A stretch of DNA of 64,000 nucleotides from Psilocybe cubensis (lineage: Eukaryota), in NCBI GenBank assembly GCA_017499595.2, contig CM039006.1, forward strand, positions 1,674,001 through 1,738,000, in the 5' to 3' direction. Positions 14,454-28,951 of the stretch are shown here, piece after piece. Under the pieces are notes generated by a model. It saw only the letters and a program-made list of their open reading frames with translations. It was not told the DNA's origin and did no database searches. The position numbers and the translations under genes were made by a program. How positions within the stretch are numbered: the first letter of the stretch is position 1; each line of letters begins with the position of its first letter.

Positions 14454-15488
14454 ATGGCTTCGACAGAGGCTTATCCTGTTGTGAAGCGACTCTTAAGCCC
14501 TACAGGTAGGCTCTAGACGAGTACAAGACCGGATGCCTCCACAAACACCCTTCTAAAATGCGCAGAGCCCGAAATAGAGCAGCTTGTTAAAGTTCTCTTG
14601 GATGCATTTACAGGCGAGTGTTCTTCTTTATTGCATTCTATGCTATGCGCTTAGTAAGTTCGTCCTTGTTGTTCATTTGCACACTCAGAGGCTGGCTTTG
14701 GAAAGGTTCTCCTGGGCGGTAGTCTGGAGATGGCCCCACAGAACATGCGCGCTAATGTAAATGCGGCAATCATCGATGGGGAGATCCATGTTCTTTGCAT
14801 TGGACCTGAAGTTTCTGATATTGTGGGGACGTCGATCTGGTTTCCACCGGGAACAGGACCCTTCTCGAGGTATGGCATATGCCTTTGTCACTTCAAGTTG
14901 TCTTACTAACACCCTGGGCATACCTTTCACAGCGAGGAACAACGCGCAGCTGGACTCAATCAAGTTATAGCGGATATGCCAGGGTTGTTGAGGGGGTGGT
15001 GGATAAATTATGTGAGTACTCAAAGACAAATGCAATAATATACATCAATTTACATGACGAACTATCGTGGAAGTTCCTTCCAACTGTAGGAAATTTGGTT
15101 AAAAAGACGTATAGAAAGGACTACGAGCTAGAAGCCTGGCACTTGCATTATCTAGGCGTCATGAAATCTCATCACGGGAAAGGGTTTGGAAGGGATTTGC
15201 TCAAACTCGCGTCAATTGAAGTGAGTAAACAATTGTATCTTATGATGGTAATTTTTTTACGCCGGTGAACTGCAGGCAAAGAAGGCGAATGTACCTATTG
15301 TGTTGCACACAGTAAAAGAAAAAAATGTATATATCCTTTCTTATAAAATTTCTATAACGGACATCACACAATCTTATTTTTAGGTTGTGATTTACAGCAA
15401 ACTTGGACTACATGTTCGTGCGGACACTCCCATATCGAGCCCTTTTGGAGAAGGTCGCATATGGCTTATGTCCAGTGAAACATATTAG
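14454..15488 (+). CDS. GNAT-family N-acetyltransferase (tandem copy 1)
   Basis: Spliced IVGTSIWFPPG, WHLHYLGVMKSHHGKGFGRDLL (acetyl-CoA binding loop) and NVVIYSKLGL. Confidence 0.85.
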
Positions 15489-15714
15489 ATAACCTTGAAA
15501 CCCTTTTCGTAAATAATTAGATTTCTGTGTCGTCCCTGGTAGACCTTTTTTAAAGAACTTAAATTGGAGACGTGTGATCTGACATATTTTCTCCGGTCCA
15601 GTTGTCTTCTCCGGATATTTTAAGGATTCGAGAGATTTGTAATATTCAAATAATTAAGCAGTTAGTATCGTCGTTTGATCATATCCTGAACTCATTCGCC
15701 TAACTGTAATAGCA

Positions 15715-16719
15715 ATGTCTTTGTTGCACGCTGAAACATCATACCCTCTTGTGAAGCGTCTTGTGGACCCCTCAGGTATGTTGTGTAGCTTTGAATACTG
15801 CCAATTTCGCTCTAATGGTGCTATCTTTCAAAAGAGGCAGAGGTAGAGCAAGCCACCAAGGTCCTGGTTGATGCTTTTAAAGGTTATCAAGAAATCTCTA
15901 TGAAACGTTATGGAAAGCTCACTAGAGCTCTATCAGGCGATCCCTTTACGAACATTCTCGTGGGTGGAAACATGGACTTGGAACCCCTTCAATTGGGTGC
16001 CAATATAAGAGCAGCCCTCATTGGCGGTCAGGTCCACGTCATAACGCTGGGACCACAACCAGAAGATATTGTCGGCGTGGCGTTATGGTATCCGCCCGGA
16101 TCAAGCTCTTTCTCTAGGCGAGTTTGTGCATATTGAGGGTCCATGGATTAAATGACTTATATGCCGCATTAGCGAAGAAGAGCGCGCGGCGGGCTGGAAT
16201 CAGTTTCTAGAGGCCGCACCGGATGACTTGAGAAAGTGGTGGACAGATTATGTATTTTCTGGTTAATCTCAGGATGTCCCGCAATCGCTTATTCTCATTG
16301 TCGGTAGTTCATTCCTTCCATGACTCGGTTGAATGCTGACACTCTTGGGTCGGGTTACACGCATAACTCCTGGCACCTGCACATATTCGGGGTAATGAGA
16401 GCACGTCATCGTAAAGGTTACGGCAAAGCTCTATACCGTCTAGTCGAAAAACAGGCGAGTAGTTGCTGTGTATCTTAGATCAAAGCTTGCTTGACTTGTC
16501 CCATATCTCAGGCAAAGGAAACCCACTCATCTATCGTGTTGGAAACCACAACAGTACTAGATGTGCGCCCACGACTATTCCATAAATTTTCACGTAGTAC
16601 TAACCTGTATTGTTCAGGTTCAGATATACCAGAGGCTTGGACTTGGAGTAAGAGGAGAGATTGATATCGAGAGTAACTATGGGAAAGCCCACATATGGCT
16701 CATGTCTAAAGAGAATTAG
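15715..16719 (+). CDS. GNAT-family N-acetyltransferase (tandem copy 2)
   Basis: IVGVALWYPPG, WHLHIFGVMRARHRKGYGKALY and VQIYQRLGL; same intron positions as copy 1. Confidence 0.85.
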
Positions 16720-17343
16720 ATTGACGCCGTGACCCGTCGTGGCGTAGTAGAAGCACAAGAGAGGAAAATTTGGTTTAGACAAGATTCATCAAACTCTATT
16801 TTCCGACAAAGAAGTGCCCGCCCATGAGTTTTGACAAGGCGTGGGGTATCGCAGCCCTGAGCTTTATTCGTCTATCTTGGCGCCCGAATCAGACCCTTCA
16901 AATCCAAACATCCCATCGCTCTAGGTGTAGCCTTTTCATACCAACAAGGATGCAGGTACGAGGGGTAGTACGGCACACACTTTTCCACGAAACCATTTTC
17001 AACGCACCGTTGAGCCTGAAGCACTGGTGCCCGCACCATTGAATGTATTGAATTTGACAATAACGATGTAAAATGGAGGAAATGGTAGATGTATTGTAGA
17101 TTCTTGAGCAAGTGGCAAAAAACTACGGTGCGCTAGGAGTGCCATCCAGGAATTTAATCAAGTTACTCTGATGTTGCCTATTCTTGTGGGACTTGCGGGA
17201 CTTGGTGTCTACCAGAGCCACCGCCTTGTGGTATTCCTCTATTTATAGTCTTGTAGAGGTACTTTTTCTATACACTCTATATGTTCTTCTATGGTTTTGG
17301 GGGTTTTCTAATGTCACATATTGAGAAAACGAGCTCTTGTATT

Positions 17344-17566
17344 CTTTTTTTTGTGTGTGTGTGTGTGTGTTAACGCCTCTAAGGGGAGGGCCCCTCCTTT
17401 GGCTTTGTACAGACTAATCTACCTACCAGCTCCCTGAGCTGCCAGAATGCCATCTTCAGACTATCCTTGCGTCCTGAGGGGCCCTCACGTCCCCTCACTG
17501 ACCCTCTTTCTTTAGGCCTGTGATTTCTCCCTTTGCTCTTTTCCTCCCTTGCTCATCCCTACTGTG
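17344..17566 (-). mobile_element. 5'-truncated non-LTR retrotransposon (LINE/SINE-like) 3' end
   Basis: Flanked by the exact 13-bp direct repeat GAGCTCTTGTATT (17331-17343 and 17567-17579). The minus strand ends in (AC)9 A8. Confidence 0.75.
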
Positions 17567-18935
17567 GAGCTCTTGTATTATAAATTTACCTTCAAGACTT
17601 GAAAAAACCTCTCGTAGTTACGACCATTGCTGCTAGGGACATGGGCTAATTTGTGTTGTAGATGAAATTTTACGTCCTCCCTCCTGGCATCGTTCTTCTT
17701 GCGTTCTTGGTTACATTTTGTGAGACGTTTAATAAAAGTAGTTTACAAGCTCCAACACTGCGCATCAACCAGAAAATTGAGTGTCTTTCGAAAACAATCG
17801 ACCATCAATGACATTGACATTGCTATCAAGCCGAGGAAGGCGGCATATCGGCCCATTGCGCTTCATGCGGAATCAACAAGCCGCATTCAAGTTGTGTGTT
17901 CAAAACAGTTACACATTGCGGGCGATGAGCATCAAAGTCGTCTTTGCATTGCAACAACAGGACCCCGTTTGATGCAAACATCCCGTAGAAATGACTTCAA
18001 GCTATACCATCCAAATCCTCAACCACTCTTCGATGATCTATATCTTTTAATTCATTCGTTTCCTTCTATTTTTATTGGCTTACACAATTTAAAATACTGT
18101 AATCACAATGTAGAGTCATTCTGAGTTTTAGAAAACATATGTAATTCACATTAACGGGAACTAATCCCTATGACATAGACTGTGCGAACCCGAGAATGGT
18201 CCCTGGATTCAAAATACAGCGTACGGATGGACGGACAAGTCCCAATAATCCCGTGCGAAAGCGGGTGTCCATGCAACTTCGATTAATGGCGCACCGTAAA
18301 AAAACAGATCATGATGCTTCAAACGGCCTCTACCAGCCTTGCTTACTATTGCCTGCAAGAAAAATGGAGAGATAAACTAGGTAATATGACTGATGCCATC
18401 ATGTCTATGTTTAGATCGACACTTGCACTGGCAGTCGTTCCTTCCCAGGAAACATGACTCCGAAAACAGCTTCATGATTCTAAAGACGTCTGCAGTTGGA
18501 CGGAAATGTTGGCATCAGAATCACTGTTCTTTGCTTCGATAAGCATGTCAGTGGTTGGCTAGCAGCATTCCAGTCTGTTTTCCCACCAACCTTTACGGCC
18601 TCTTACCTAGTCGACATCGCTTGGTCAACCGCAGAGGGCTTGTAAACATCGCACAAGCCACGAGGCGTTCAGACATTAAGGCAAATTACTGATTTGTCTT
18701 CAGATTCGACCCTGGTTTGACCCCGCTATAAAGGCACCAACCCGCCTTTTTGTTCCCTTTTTGTCGCAGTGGCCACCCTCAGCCAAATCCGGCTCAGATG
18801 CAGACCTCAGGACACTCTTCTTCTCTGCAGGACCCCAATTCAGCTCCTTCACAAGTCAAAGCCGGGGAATCACTCACCAGGAAGTCTTTAACACTGTCAC
18901 CGAATCGTCGCACAGAAACTGGCTGGAGCAGTAGT

Positions 18936-21791
18936 ATGGGAGACAAAGTGGAGGAACCTATACCAAAATTAGGCTACGAAGTGGTACGAATGCTGCCTTG
19001 TCTCTTTTCTTGAAACATTGGATGCTGATTCTTACTCTGAACTTGATGAGGCGTCGAAAACTGCTCTCATCTCCCAAGAGAAGCTCGATTCGGAGGCGAA
19101 AGGCGAGGAAAATCACGTTCAATTTGCTACTTACAGACCCGACAAATTTCGACAAGGTATGTCACATAAGACTATCTGACAAACCATGTCCGTTTATTTG
19201 TATTCCTTCAGTCAACCCACCCAGCCCACAAGATCCAAATCGCAAATTCTTCGTGCCTTTGCCGCTAAGAGTTTACTTCTGGATCCCGCTCGTCGTGTTT
19301 CTGGTATTAGGTGCAATTGGACTAGAGGTAGCATTGCACTTCAGCAACAAAAATCAAGGTGACGTTTCTCGATTGTCCTAATCAATTTGTAAGTTATGTT
19401 AATATCTACCTTAGGATGGCCTTCCAAGGAATCTGATAATGCGGCCAACGCAATGCATTATGTCTACGTATGATGGTTCGCTTTCATCTTCGTCAAACTC
19501 CGTTAACTCTGTTCTGTTACAGACCTTGCCTCCCGTCATTGTCGCTGCCATTGTAATGAGTATTTCTTCAACGTGTTATCGTACGAGGTGCTTATTGATA
19601 CATAGGTTGTAGCTATGTGGGCGTGGACGGATATTGAAATTAAGAAAATTCAGGTCAGTCTGCTCAAAGTTATAAATATCTTATGCTTACCATCTTAATT
19701 TCCCGGTAGCCCTACGTTGATCTAGTCCACGGCAATTCGCCCCCTCACCGAAGTCTTTTGTTGGATTATACTAGGCAAAAGTAAATCTTCCCGTTGATTA
19801 ATCGACTTTGTTTCATTGATGTAAATTCGTCAGCAACTTTTTGGTATGGACACAGGCGGCTTCCAATCATCATTATCTAGTGGCGCTCGCTACTTTGATG
19901 GTCCTAATGACTTTAAGCTTCCAACCACTTGCTTCTGCTTTGCTCGTAGTCAAAGATACGTGGACAGAATTACCGAGTCAGTCGCACATTGCCGACCCAT
20001 AGAACAAAAATTAACCCATCTAATGGCAGATATTGGCACAAAAAATCTGCAGGCCATATCACTAAATCAAAACCTGCAGTTTAACGACCTTTCCTGTGCG
20101 TTTATGGCATGAACCTTCATTCAATGTGTTGTTGATCGATCATAATTCGTTTATAGCTTTTCTTGCTGCTGCGGGTTATGCAGGCGCGTCTGTTTTATAT
20201 AATTTAGACCCACCGCCATTCGTTCGTCTTCCATATACAGTTGCGAACTTTGAGGTGAGTGCTCTTTTCGAATGTGGCGTGTTAAACTTCAGCTCATGGG
20301 TCACCCACTTGAATAATAGCTTCCAACGGTAGTCTCAAATGGGTCTGCATTTGCGAATACCAATGCAATCAAGAGCAACACTAACTGTCAGCCGGCTCAG
20401 GTATGCAACGTAATCAGTAGTAAAAGTCACGAAAATTGGCATCTAAAATATTTCATAGGTCCAAATGACACAAGTGGGTCCGGGAAGGTGGACCAATACC
20501 GCGGTGGTTGGCGACTGCTCAATAACCTTCAGTGTATCCAACTCTACTACTGATACACTATTTGGTAAAGTTCAAATATTTTCCAAATTATAGCTTATCC
20601 TGTTAACATATATATGCTGGCACAGGCACTGACACGCCGAGCTGCACAACATCTACTGTTCCTGATCAATTCAATCAAGTCGTTTTCTGGTTCTTCTCGT
20701 GCGTTAGTTTCTCCCAGATACAAGGTACCTTGAACTCAAACCTTTTTCCAAGTTACGTCCCCTCCGCCCAAGCCTCGGTCACATTTTGTTCACCGACAAT
20801 TGAACTATGGGAAGTCAACGTCGGGATCGATGTGGGCACCGGTAACGTCACTCAACTGACAGAGACACGCCCATTTTCTTCAAGTTCCAATTTCTCCTCC
20901 CTGTCGGCTAATGTTACTGGGCCTCCTTTGAATGGACGTGCTTATAACGGCATCAAATTCCAGCTCAGCACTGAGGATCAATTTATCTTGGCGAGAGAAA
21001 ATGCAACCCAGCTTCAACTGCCAGCTAGCATCTATCAGGCGGCTGTGAAGAGCCCTCAGGGATATGTCGGAAGCTTCGAGGCAGGATCATTTCATGTTCT
21101 TTCTGATCAGGTCTATGTAAGCGGGACTGCATTTTTGAAGGTTTATTTATGAGGATGCTGACAGTCGCTCCTTATGATAGAGTATATATCTTGCGCTCAT
21201 TGCGCGCCAAGTTTATTTCCTGCCTGACAATGAAGATTTCAGCGTAAACGTCAAGACATTTAGAAAGCACGTTTGGATAAGGTCAGCGCCATCGACATCC
21301 TTGCAATATTTTATCTAATTCTGCGTAGCGATGTTGCCGCCCACCTTCTTGCCGTGGCCATGTTGATTCTCGCACTCTTCGGCACAATCGTCCACCTCTT
21401 CCATCGCGAAGACCGTCGCAATCTCCGCCTGAAGCACGAACCCGGAACTATCGCATCAGCAGTTTCGATCGGAGCCTCGACCGGAGTCGGAAACGTCCTT
21501 GCGAACCGCCACGGTGAGGAAGAGATGAAAGAAGCACTCAAGGACTTCAAGTTCCGCATCGACACCAACACGATGAAGATCGTCATGGAAGGCGAGCCGG
21601 GATACGAAACAGCGGAGACAATCACTACTCCGATGACAAGGAGGAAGTCGATCTTTGAGGTTCTGCAGAGGGGCAGACCGCTCAGGACGTTTTCGGGTAA
21701 CGATGCTAGCATTTCTCCGGCGGCGCTTAGCCCTAAGAGCCCCAAAAGTCCGAAGAGCCCAAAGATGCCTCAGGAAACCCATATGGCATAA
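18936..21791 (+). CDS. Multi-pass membrane protein, DUF3433-like
   Basis: FFVPLPLRVYFWIPLVVFLVLGAIGLEVAL, WAWTDIEIKKIQPYVDLVHG...SLLLDY, EPGTIASAVS; many introns. Confidence 0.75.
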
Positions 21792-22520
21792 TTTCAGCCC
21801 CGGAATAATGATATTTACGAGCGTCTAATGTAGTTTCTCCTTATGTCTTTTTACTTCGCAATTTTCAATCCCCCGCCCTGGACATAAATACACTCTTGTT
21901 TCTCTACTCCACCTAGTAATAAATTATCACCTCGCCATCTACGATTTTTGGCGATCCATACTCTTTATCATCATCTTTGTTTCAATTGATGCTCAGGGAC
22001 TGGAAAATAGCGTTTCAGTACACCAAGAATTCGCTGAGCATCTCAAGAAAACAAAACCAATTCACCTGACAGCTGAAACATCGACCTTGTGAATCATGAA
22101 TGCGAACAAAAAAACCTACATCACTGCAATCAGATTAGAGATATAAAGCCTCAAAATTTCAGGACCATTATAACCTGTGAAGTGACAGGGAACCAAAAAA
22201 TTTGTATAGTAGTTAGAGGGTACAATGTCATGTCATAAGAGGTGAGCGATGTGTAAAATCCAGGAATAGGCGTTGTAGGAAGACAATACAAATGCAAGAT
22301 AAATTACACGAAAGAAAAGCTGTGTGTGTGGATTGGAGAATGCAGATAAAGATGGACGAGAAGCTAGAGGGAGTGCTTGAAGTTCGAGAGATGGTGATGA
22401 TGATGATGATGAAATACAAAGAGAAAGAATCGGTGCACGGAACGCTATGTGAAGAGGGTGCGAGATGATCAGCGAGATAAGAAAGGGAGAATACGTGTTG
22501 GTTGTGGCGGACGATCAGCT

Positions 22521-25500
22521 TCATACAATCTGCCTACTCCTCCGCTGTTTGCTGATGGTCCCTGAACGTTCAACGGCCATTTTGAGGTTCTTGATATTTT
22601 GAACAATCTCAGCTTGAGAGACAAAAGCAATTCACGTCAATGTGTTGTATATTTTTATACGAAATGGATTTGTACCTGCAAGTCTGGGGTTCTCCGCCTC
22701 AAAATCATATCGTTTGTTGCCTGCTCCGCGATTGAGAATAATCTTGAAGATCGATGATGTCTTGGTCGACTGTTGGCAGTCTGCGATACTCTTGATGTGG
22801 AACGATGATGTCTTTCCGCTATCGAATACCGCTCTCGCTTTATTAGTGGATGGCATGATCTACCATTGTCAGGAGTATGAGATCTAAATATCATAAGGAG
22901 ATGTCAAAAATAATGCGCACATGGATATAAACTCCATCGATGGCCAGTGTCCGTTCTTGGCGCGTAACAAGCATGGGTACCTTTCGGTAGATGGTGTATT
23001 TCTGAATTGTTTGGTGAGGAAATATTCAAACTGAAAATCCGTGTCATATTTACCTTGTACGAGGTCGTGAAATCCAGTGCCGCCGAAACTTGCTGCTCCG
23101 TAGTTTCGTTGGGCTTGAAGATAGAGGCTGAATTGGATTACGTGAGTAACAACCCTCGTAACGGCAATGCAAGTAACAAGACGCACCGTTCGGATCTGTT
23201 GTCCTTCCAACGCCCCTGAGAGGGACAGCCGACATATATGGCAGCATGTTCCGCTTTACGAGCAACAGCTCCGTCTTACCCTGCAAGCTCGCTACTGTTC
23301 TATCCAATGGAATAATGATACTCTTATCTGCGAGTAAAAGAGCATATTCGCTAGGATTTTCGATCCGCCTTTTACGACAGACCAACTCCAAGGCTTCTTG
23401 CAAATACATTCCAGCAGACCTAGGGTAGCGATTAACAATCAAGATCAAGTGATGGGATCCAGGCCACCATAACTGAGAAACTTACACCTCGATGGTAGTT
23501 GAAATGTGCACAACATCTGCGTGGTCTGCCACCCGAATACGCAAGAAAATTTGGGGACCATGACTTTGAGACGGCCCCATAGAGGTTGATAAAACCGATC
23601 CAAGGGAAGACCCATAGGCTGTACTCGCAGGGGCGGTCGAAGGCGCGTTGGGCACAGCAAGTTTTTCCGGTTTCCGTGCTGCAGATGTCCGTGAAGGACG
23701 ACGCTGAATTTTGCTCTCCAAGATCTGATTTTGTTGAACTGGAAAAGATATAATCAATAGTTGCACTCGAGCACCAAGTTTTGTAATGATCACTTTGAGT
23801 TGGAGTTGCTTCCAAAACAGCATAAGCATCCGCGTTGAACTTGACGACCTTGCCCATCCGGTCGGGTGCTATTAGCATTAAAAAATTAGCATCCAAGTCA
23901 GAACATCAGAAAACTTAAAAAAAGAAACTGACGTGGAAAATCATCATCGACTTCCCCATCATCTTCTGCTATTCTCAATATCCACCCTACGGCTGACAGC
24001 CTTGTTGACGCTTTCGGGTCGTTCTCTGAGAGACCTTCATCCAGTTTGGGTTGCCACCCTTCTTCCCAGTAGGACCATAGAGCGAAACCAATTACTTCTT
24101 CCACCGTTGCATCGCGCTTTACATTGAGGTCCATTGCCTTGCCACGAGGCTGCTTTGCATGCGGGAAGTAGACTTGCACATTCGTCGACGCGGACTCTCC
24201 TCGTCCTGAAATAGCAGCGTACATCTCGGCAAATGGATTAGACGAGCTGCCCGACGACGCGAGCATGGCTGTCAGACTCGATTTCAGGGGCTTGAAAGGC
24301 GTGACCTTCTTGCGAGTAAACAGGTTGTCAAAGGTGGATAATTGGGCGGATGGAGACGATGTGTGAATAGATGTGGTGCTGTCTCCCCGGGTCCTCGATG
24401 TTGTTACCCCACCCTCGGGACGCCTGTGTCGCTGTGGATTGCGTCCTGTGGTTTCTGATACTGGGCTCAAGCGCGGCCGAATGCGGTTGTTTGTTTGCGA
24501 GGATGATATAGGAACCGAAGTGCTCGGATTCGAATTTACGCCAGATGAAAACATTGAATTGTCATCCGAAGCGGTGTCTGAGGTAGGAGGCACACGCGAC
24601 GCAGCAAAGACTCTAAACAAAAAGTGAAAAAAGAGCATGGGCTACAAGTAAGATCACTTACGGGTCAAATTCGTCGCCTTCATCCATGCTCTCCGCTGCT
24701 TTCCCTCCAACCTCTTCAAACTCATCCGACGATGATTCGTCGCTTATCACTGGTTCTCCTGCTTCTTCCTCCGATGATGTATCAAAGCTGAGATTTTGAG
24801 GTTGAGGTTGTCTCGTCATAGCACCACCGGGCCCTCTGCGTGCAGCCATGCGTATACGTCTACGAGCCTCCATTTCTGCAGCTCCTTTGAATTTGGGAAT
24901 AAATTGCACAACCTTCGTCACTGGGGCCTCTTCAGGAGCGGTCGCCTGATGGATGTGTACAGTCGGCTCTGGTGAATTTTCATCGTCCGATTCCTCAATC
25001 TTTATCCAACTCTCGCCTCCGGGGTCCGATCGTGCCAGCGTTTTGGCTATTGGGACTGTTTCACTTAGCGCTTCTTGTACTGGTGCGTTTCCTGACACAA
25101 AGTTCTTCATGTCGAGTTGCTGAGGCGTAACAGACATGCGTTTAGATGTCGAGGCCCGTTTGGCGTTGATGCGCATTCCCAGTCCTCCTGTGCGACCTCC
25201 CATTATGGTTTGGGTGTGCTTCAACCGTGCACCAGGCAAGCCCAGAGGTCTTTCCTGTTCATCTTCGCTCAAGTTGGGACTGGCTGGTAGAGCCAGCTCT
25301 GGCCAACGCTCAACATCTGCCAAAGAGGCTGCAAGAATGTATGGATTTGACTGGTATGCGGGGTCAAGAGTGATGATGCGCGGTCCATATGGGTCCTCGA
25401 CGTCCCGCAGATATGACAGCCTCACACTGTGAATTAGAAAGCTAGAGGAGTTCATATTGGTGTGAGTAAGATGTATTGTTAGCTAAACGGACAAAGAAAA

Positions 25501-25532
25501 GACACCGACTCTGTATCACTGATCAAGGACAT
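22521..25532 (-). CDS. SIN1: TORC2 subunit Sin1/Avo1
   Basis: MSLISD|FLIHSVRLSYLR N-terminus; CRIM-like ATVEEVIGFALWSY...WILRIAEDDGEVDDDFP; PH-like C-terminus KTSSFHIKSI...KRYDFEAE. Confidence 0.92.
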
Positions 25533-25874
25533 GGTGCATCTCGAATACGTACCACGTCTTGTCAGTTGTCTGCCGAGAACTCGCCTCCGGAGCCACAATG
25601 CCAACATGGGAAATAATTGCCAAATTAGGAAGTCGCACAGCAATTGGACTTGACCCATTTCGCTTTCACTTTGCTACCATCCAACAGATGGGAACAGTAC
25701 CGTCTTGTCAAAATATGATCGCCAGTACGTCTGAGCTGATCTAGACATGAGAGTCCCTGTTACCTTCTGTCCAAAAGAGTATCGTCCTTGGGGAAAGGAG
25801 GTATAGATATACACCGTGATGCCTCTCAGTTATCTCCCACCACCCTCCTCTGTCTGTCCTTCGCAAGTATCACT

Positions 25875-27235
25875 ATGATTTCTGAGAAATCATTCAACAT
25901 GAAGACCGTTGTGGTTGTTGGAGGAGGCGTGGCGGGCGCCGAAGGTCAATACTTCTATCATCTTTCAGCCGTCTCATACTGAAGATCCGACAGTTGTCCG
26001 TGGTCTGTCCTCCAGGTTGAACCCGGAGAAACACAGGCTTATTTTAATCACCTCTCGCCCCAGATTTACATTTCTGCCTGCTTCTCTCAGGCTTTTGGCT
26101 AGCCAGGACACAGCAATAGGCTCGGTGTTTATGCCTTACGATGCAGTCTTTGGCAAGTTTCCAGGTGAACTCAAGGTCGGCACCGTCACGTCCATCGAAG
26201 AAAACAAAGACCCGACATTCAAACGAGGCGGCTTTGTTGTCATGGAAGGGGACGAAAAAATTCTTTATGATGTTCTCGTGGTTGCAACAGGCTCTAATTG
26301 GTATGGACATCTCGCCTTTCCGAACGATGAGGAAGGTTTCAAGGACCACGTTAAATCGTGGCAAAAGAAAATTCACGATGCTAAACACATCGTTATCGCT
26401 GGAGGAGGTGCCGTAGGAATAGGTGAGTGTTAATATAATTAATAGAGCGAAATCTGATTTGAGGATCCAGAAATGTCGGGAGAAATAAAAGATGCATATC
26501 CTGTATGTCTACCTTGTTTTGCTGCAATCACAAATATACTAATTATTTACTCTAGAATAAACACGTTACAATTGTGCATGCCAATCGTCTTTTACTGGGA
26601 GACATTTACCCAGATAAATTTCGCGAAAATATCGAATCACGAATCCGCCTGCGTGGTGTCAACATTTTGTTCAACGACACCATCGAAGGTACGCCAAACC
26701 CACACGCACCACTTAAGACGGGAAACGGGGTTCCTCTACCCTGCGACCTTCTCCTCTTCGCCCGCGGCGGGCGACCCAACACATCACTTCTAAAATTTCT
26801 TCGCCCCAATGTCCTCTCGGATAGAGGCTATGTTCGAGTAAAACCGACACTTCAAATTGATCAACATCCAAACATGTTTGCCCTGGGAGATATCATCGAC
26901 TGGCCGGAAGCGAAGCAGCTGATGAAAATCTCAATGGGCCACACCGCGGTAGTCATTGCCAATGTAATAAGCTACCTTGAAGGAAAGGTGCCCAAGAAGA
27001 CATACAACAAAAGCCCAGAACTCCTATGGATAAGTAATGGAAGGGTGAGTTGCATGTATATATATTGACTTGTTGGCTCATTTATTCGTAGGCTGGAGGT
27101 GCCTCTTACTTGGGCCTGCGAGGTCACGGTCTTACCTTTGGAAACTGCTTCACGAAACTCGTCAAGTCAAACGACCTCATGGTTGCATATGTGCGCAAGT
27201 CGTTGGGGCTTGGTCCGAATTATGAGAAGGATTGA
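25875..27235 (+). CDS. AIF/AMID-like FAD-dependent pyridine nucleotide-disulfide oxidoreductase
   Basis: VVVVGGGVAG, YDVLVVATGS, IVIAGGGAVGIE and VKPTLQ...MFALGDI. Confidence 0.9.
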
Positions 27236-27448
27236 AATATCATATTATCCTCGTTATCTTACGCGCCACTGTGGACGCTTGTTTATGATATGATTCGGAC
27301 ATCTGCCTATCGACAGACTCGGGACGTTTTTTTTTCTTTCTTAGTAGCCATTGCATATAGTGTGTATTATCTAAAATAAAGTAATTTCTCTCGTGCTGCT
27401 CTCCACAATTAGATCTGTCAGAATGCAACTACGATCTAAATTTGCATC

Positions 27449-28412
27449 TCATTTAATCCACAAGTTTCTGTTATCCTGGAAGAATTGCAACAAAGTTCTT
27501 TTCCCCACAAACTTCTTGTTATCAGCTTCCTCCAAAAACTTCTCTTCCGATCCCGCGGCAATCTTATGCTCGATGTCAGCAAGGTATGCCGCATATTCGA
27601 GCGATAAGAAATGACTGAGAATTTGAGTCTTTTCTTCGACTGATATATGCCTGTGAGTTATTGTCCTTCCCAGGACAGTAGAAAGAATGTGGGCAGCCTG
27701 AAGACACATGGTTTTGAGTGGAGCTTTTCGTGAGATTGGAAAGGTCATACCTCGTCATACGAGTGTAGCTCAGGTCCTAGAATTAAAAATTCTTCTTGAA
27801 GGGTTTTATCCGCGGTCAAAGCTTTAAAAGCAGCTTCTGCTATGTCTTGAGCAGCAATGAAAGGAACCTTGCCATTTCCTGACGTTGTAACTATCTCATT
27901 GTTCTCCCTGATACTGGTGTAGAACATGGTAGCGAAATTATCTGTCGAATATGCGGTGTGAGTGTACTGAATAGTGTCGGGCAACAAAATAATAACTGTG
28001 CAGACATACCAATGAACCAGGTAGGCTTAAGTACTGTAAATTCAACGTTAAGGTCCAACAGAACTTGGTGGATGACTCCCGTTGGTCGATCCCCAGGCTG
28101 AGATTGAGTAGATGTCAAGGCGACAAATCTCTTTACTCCCTTTGACACAGCCAACTCCAGGAATGGCCTCACATACGGCAGTTGTTCAAAGACGTTGTCG
28201 GGACCGACAATGTATATTTTGTCGATATTCGGATCGGCCTGGAAAGGATTTTCGTATGTCGTTGGATCGAGCCAATTAAATGTGACGGCTTTGAAAGGTT
28301 CAGGCGCCTTCCCAGAACGCGACGCAATGAGGAATGGCACATTAGCGCTGTGGAGGAGTTTGCAAAGTATGGAACCTGTTTTCCCGTTGCCGCCTGTGAC
28401 GAGGATGGTCAT
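27449..28412 (-). CDS. NmrA-like NAD(P)-binding protein, EasG (agroclavine dehydrogenase)-like, copy 1
   Basis: MTILVTGGNGKTG, LKPTWFI|DNF, GKVPFIAAQDIA, GPELHSYDE. Confidence 0.88.
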
Positions 28413-28951
28413 TTTGATACTGTGGATGACCATGGCTTTCTCCAACCCAGATTAAATGTAAGTCCAACTCGGAGGTATCATTCTATTACCTCCCAAATTT
28501 AGCCCGCACGCGACGTGTAGCCACCTCATGTCCGCAAATGTAGCTGTGTTGAATTATGTTTGTTGTAGCATCACCGAACTGCTTGCCAGTCAATCTTATT
28601 CATCATGAATCCTACGCGAAATTACAGAAATTTGCTTAGTGTAACGTTCTGTCATAGCCGCCCGGACTCCGTCTAACGTGCACAGTTTTATTACGAATAA
28701 GATCGGAGGTAACAAACAACTTAGCGACACGATCGATATACTTTCATTATTGCAGACACTTGGCATTAGAGTGGCTGACAAAACTTATCATAAATCTTCT
28801 AATTCATAAATCGATCGATTGGTCATCGGACACGGTTTTGAGGATTTCAATGTGACGGCGATAATGAATGTATACTCCATATGTTGTCATCCCTAAGTTT
28901 CTCTACTTCATCAGAACAAATTATCGATCTATCGTCGAAAGCTCAACCCAC

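Noticed and set aside
17699-18124. 141-aa ORF upstream of the DUF3433-like gene
   Set aside because: Non-ATG start, no motif and no splice partners.
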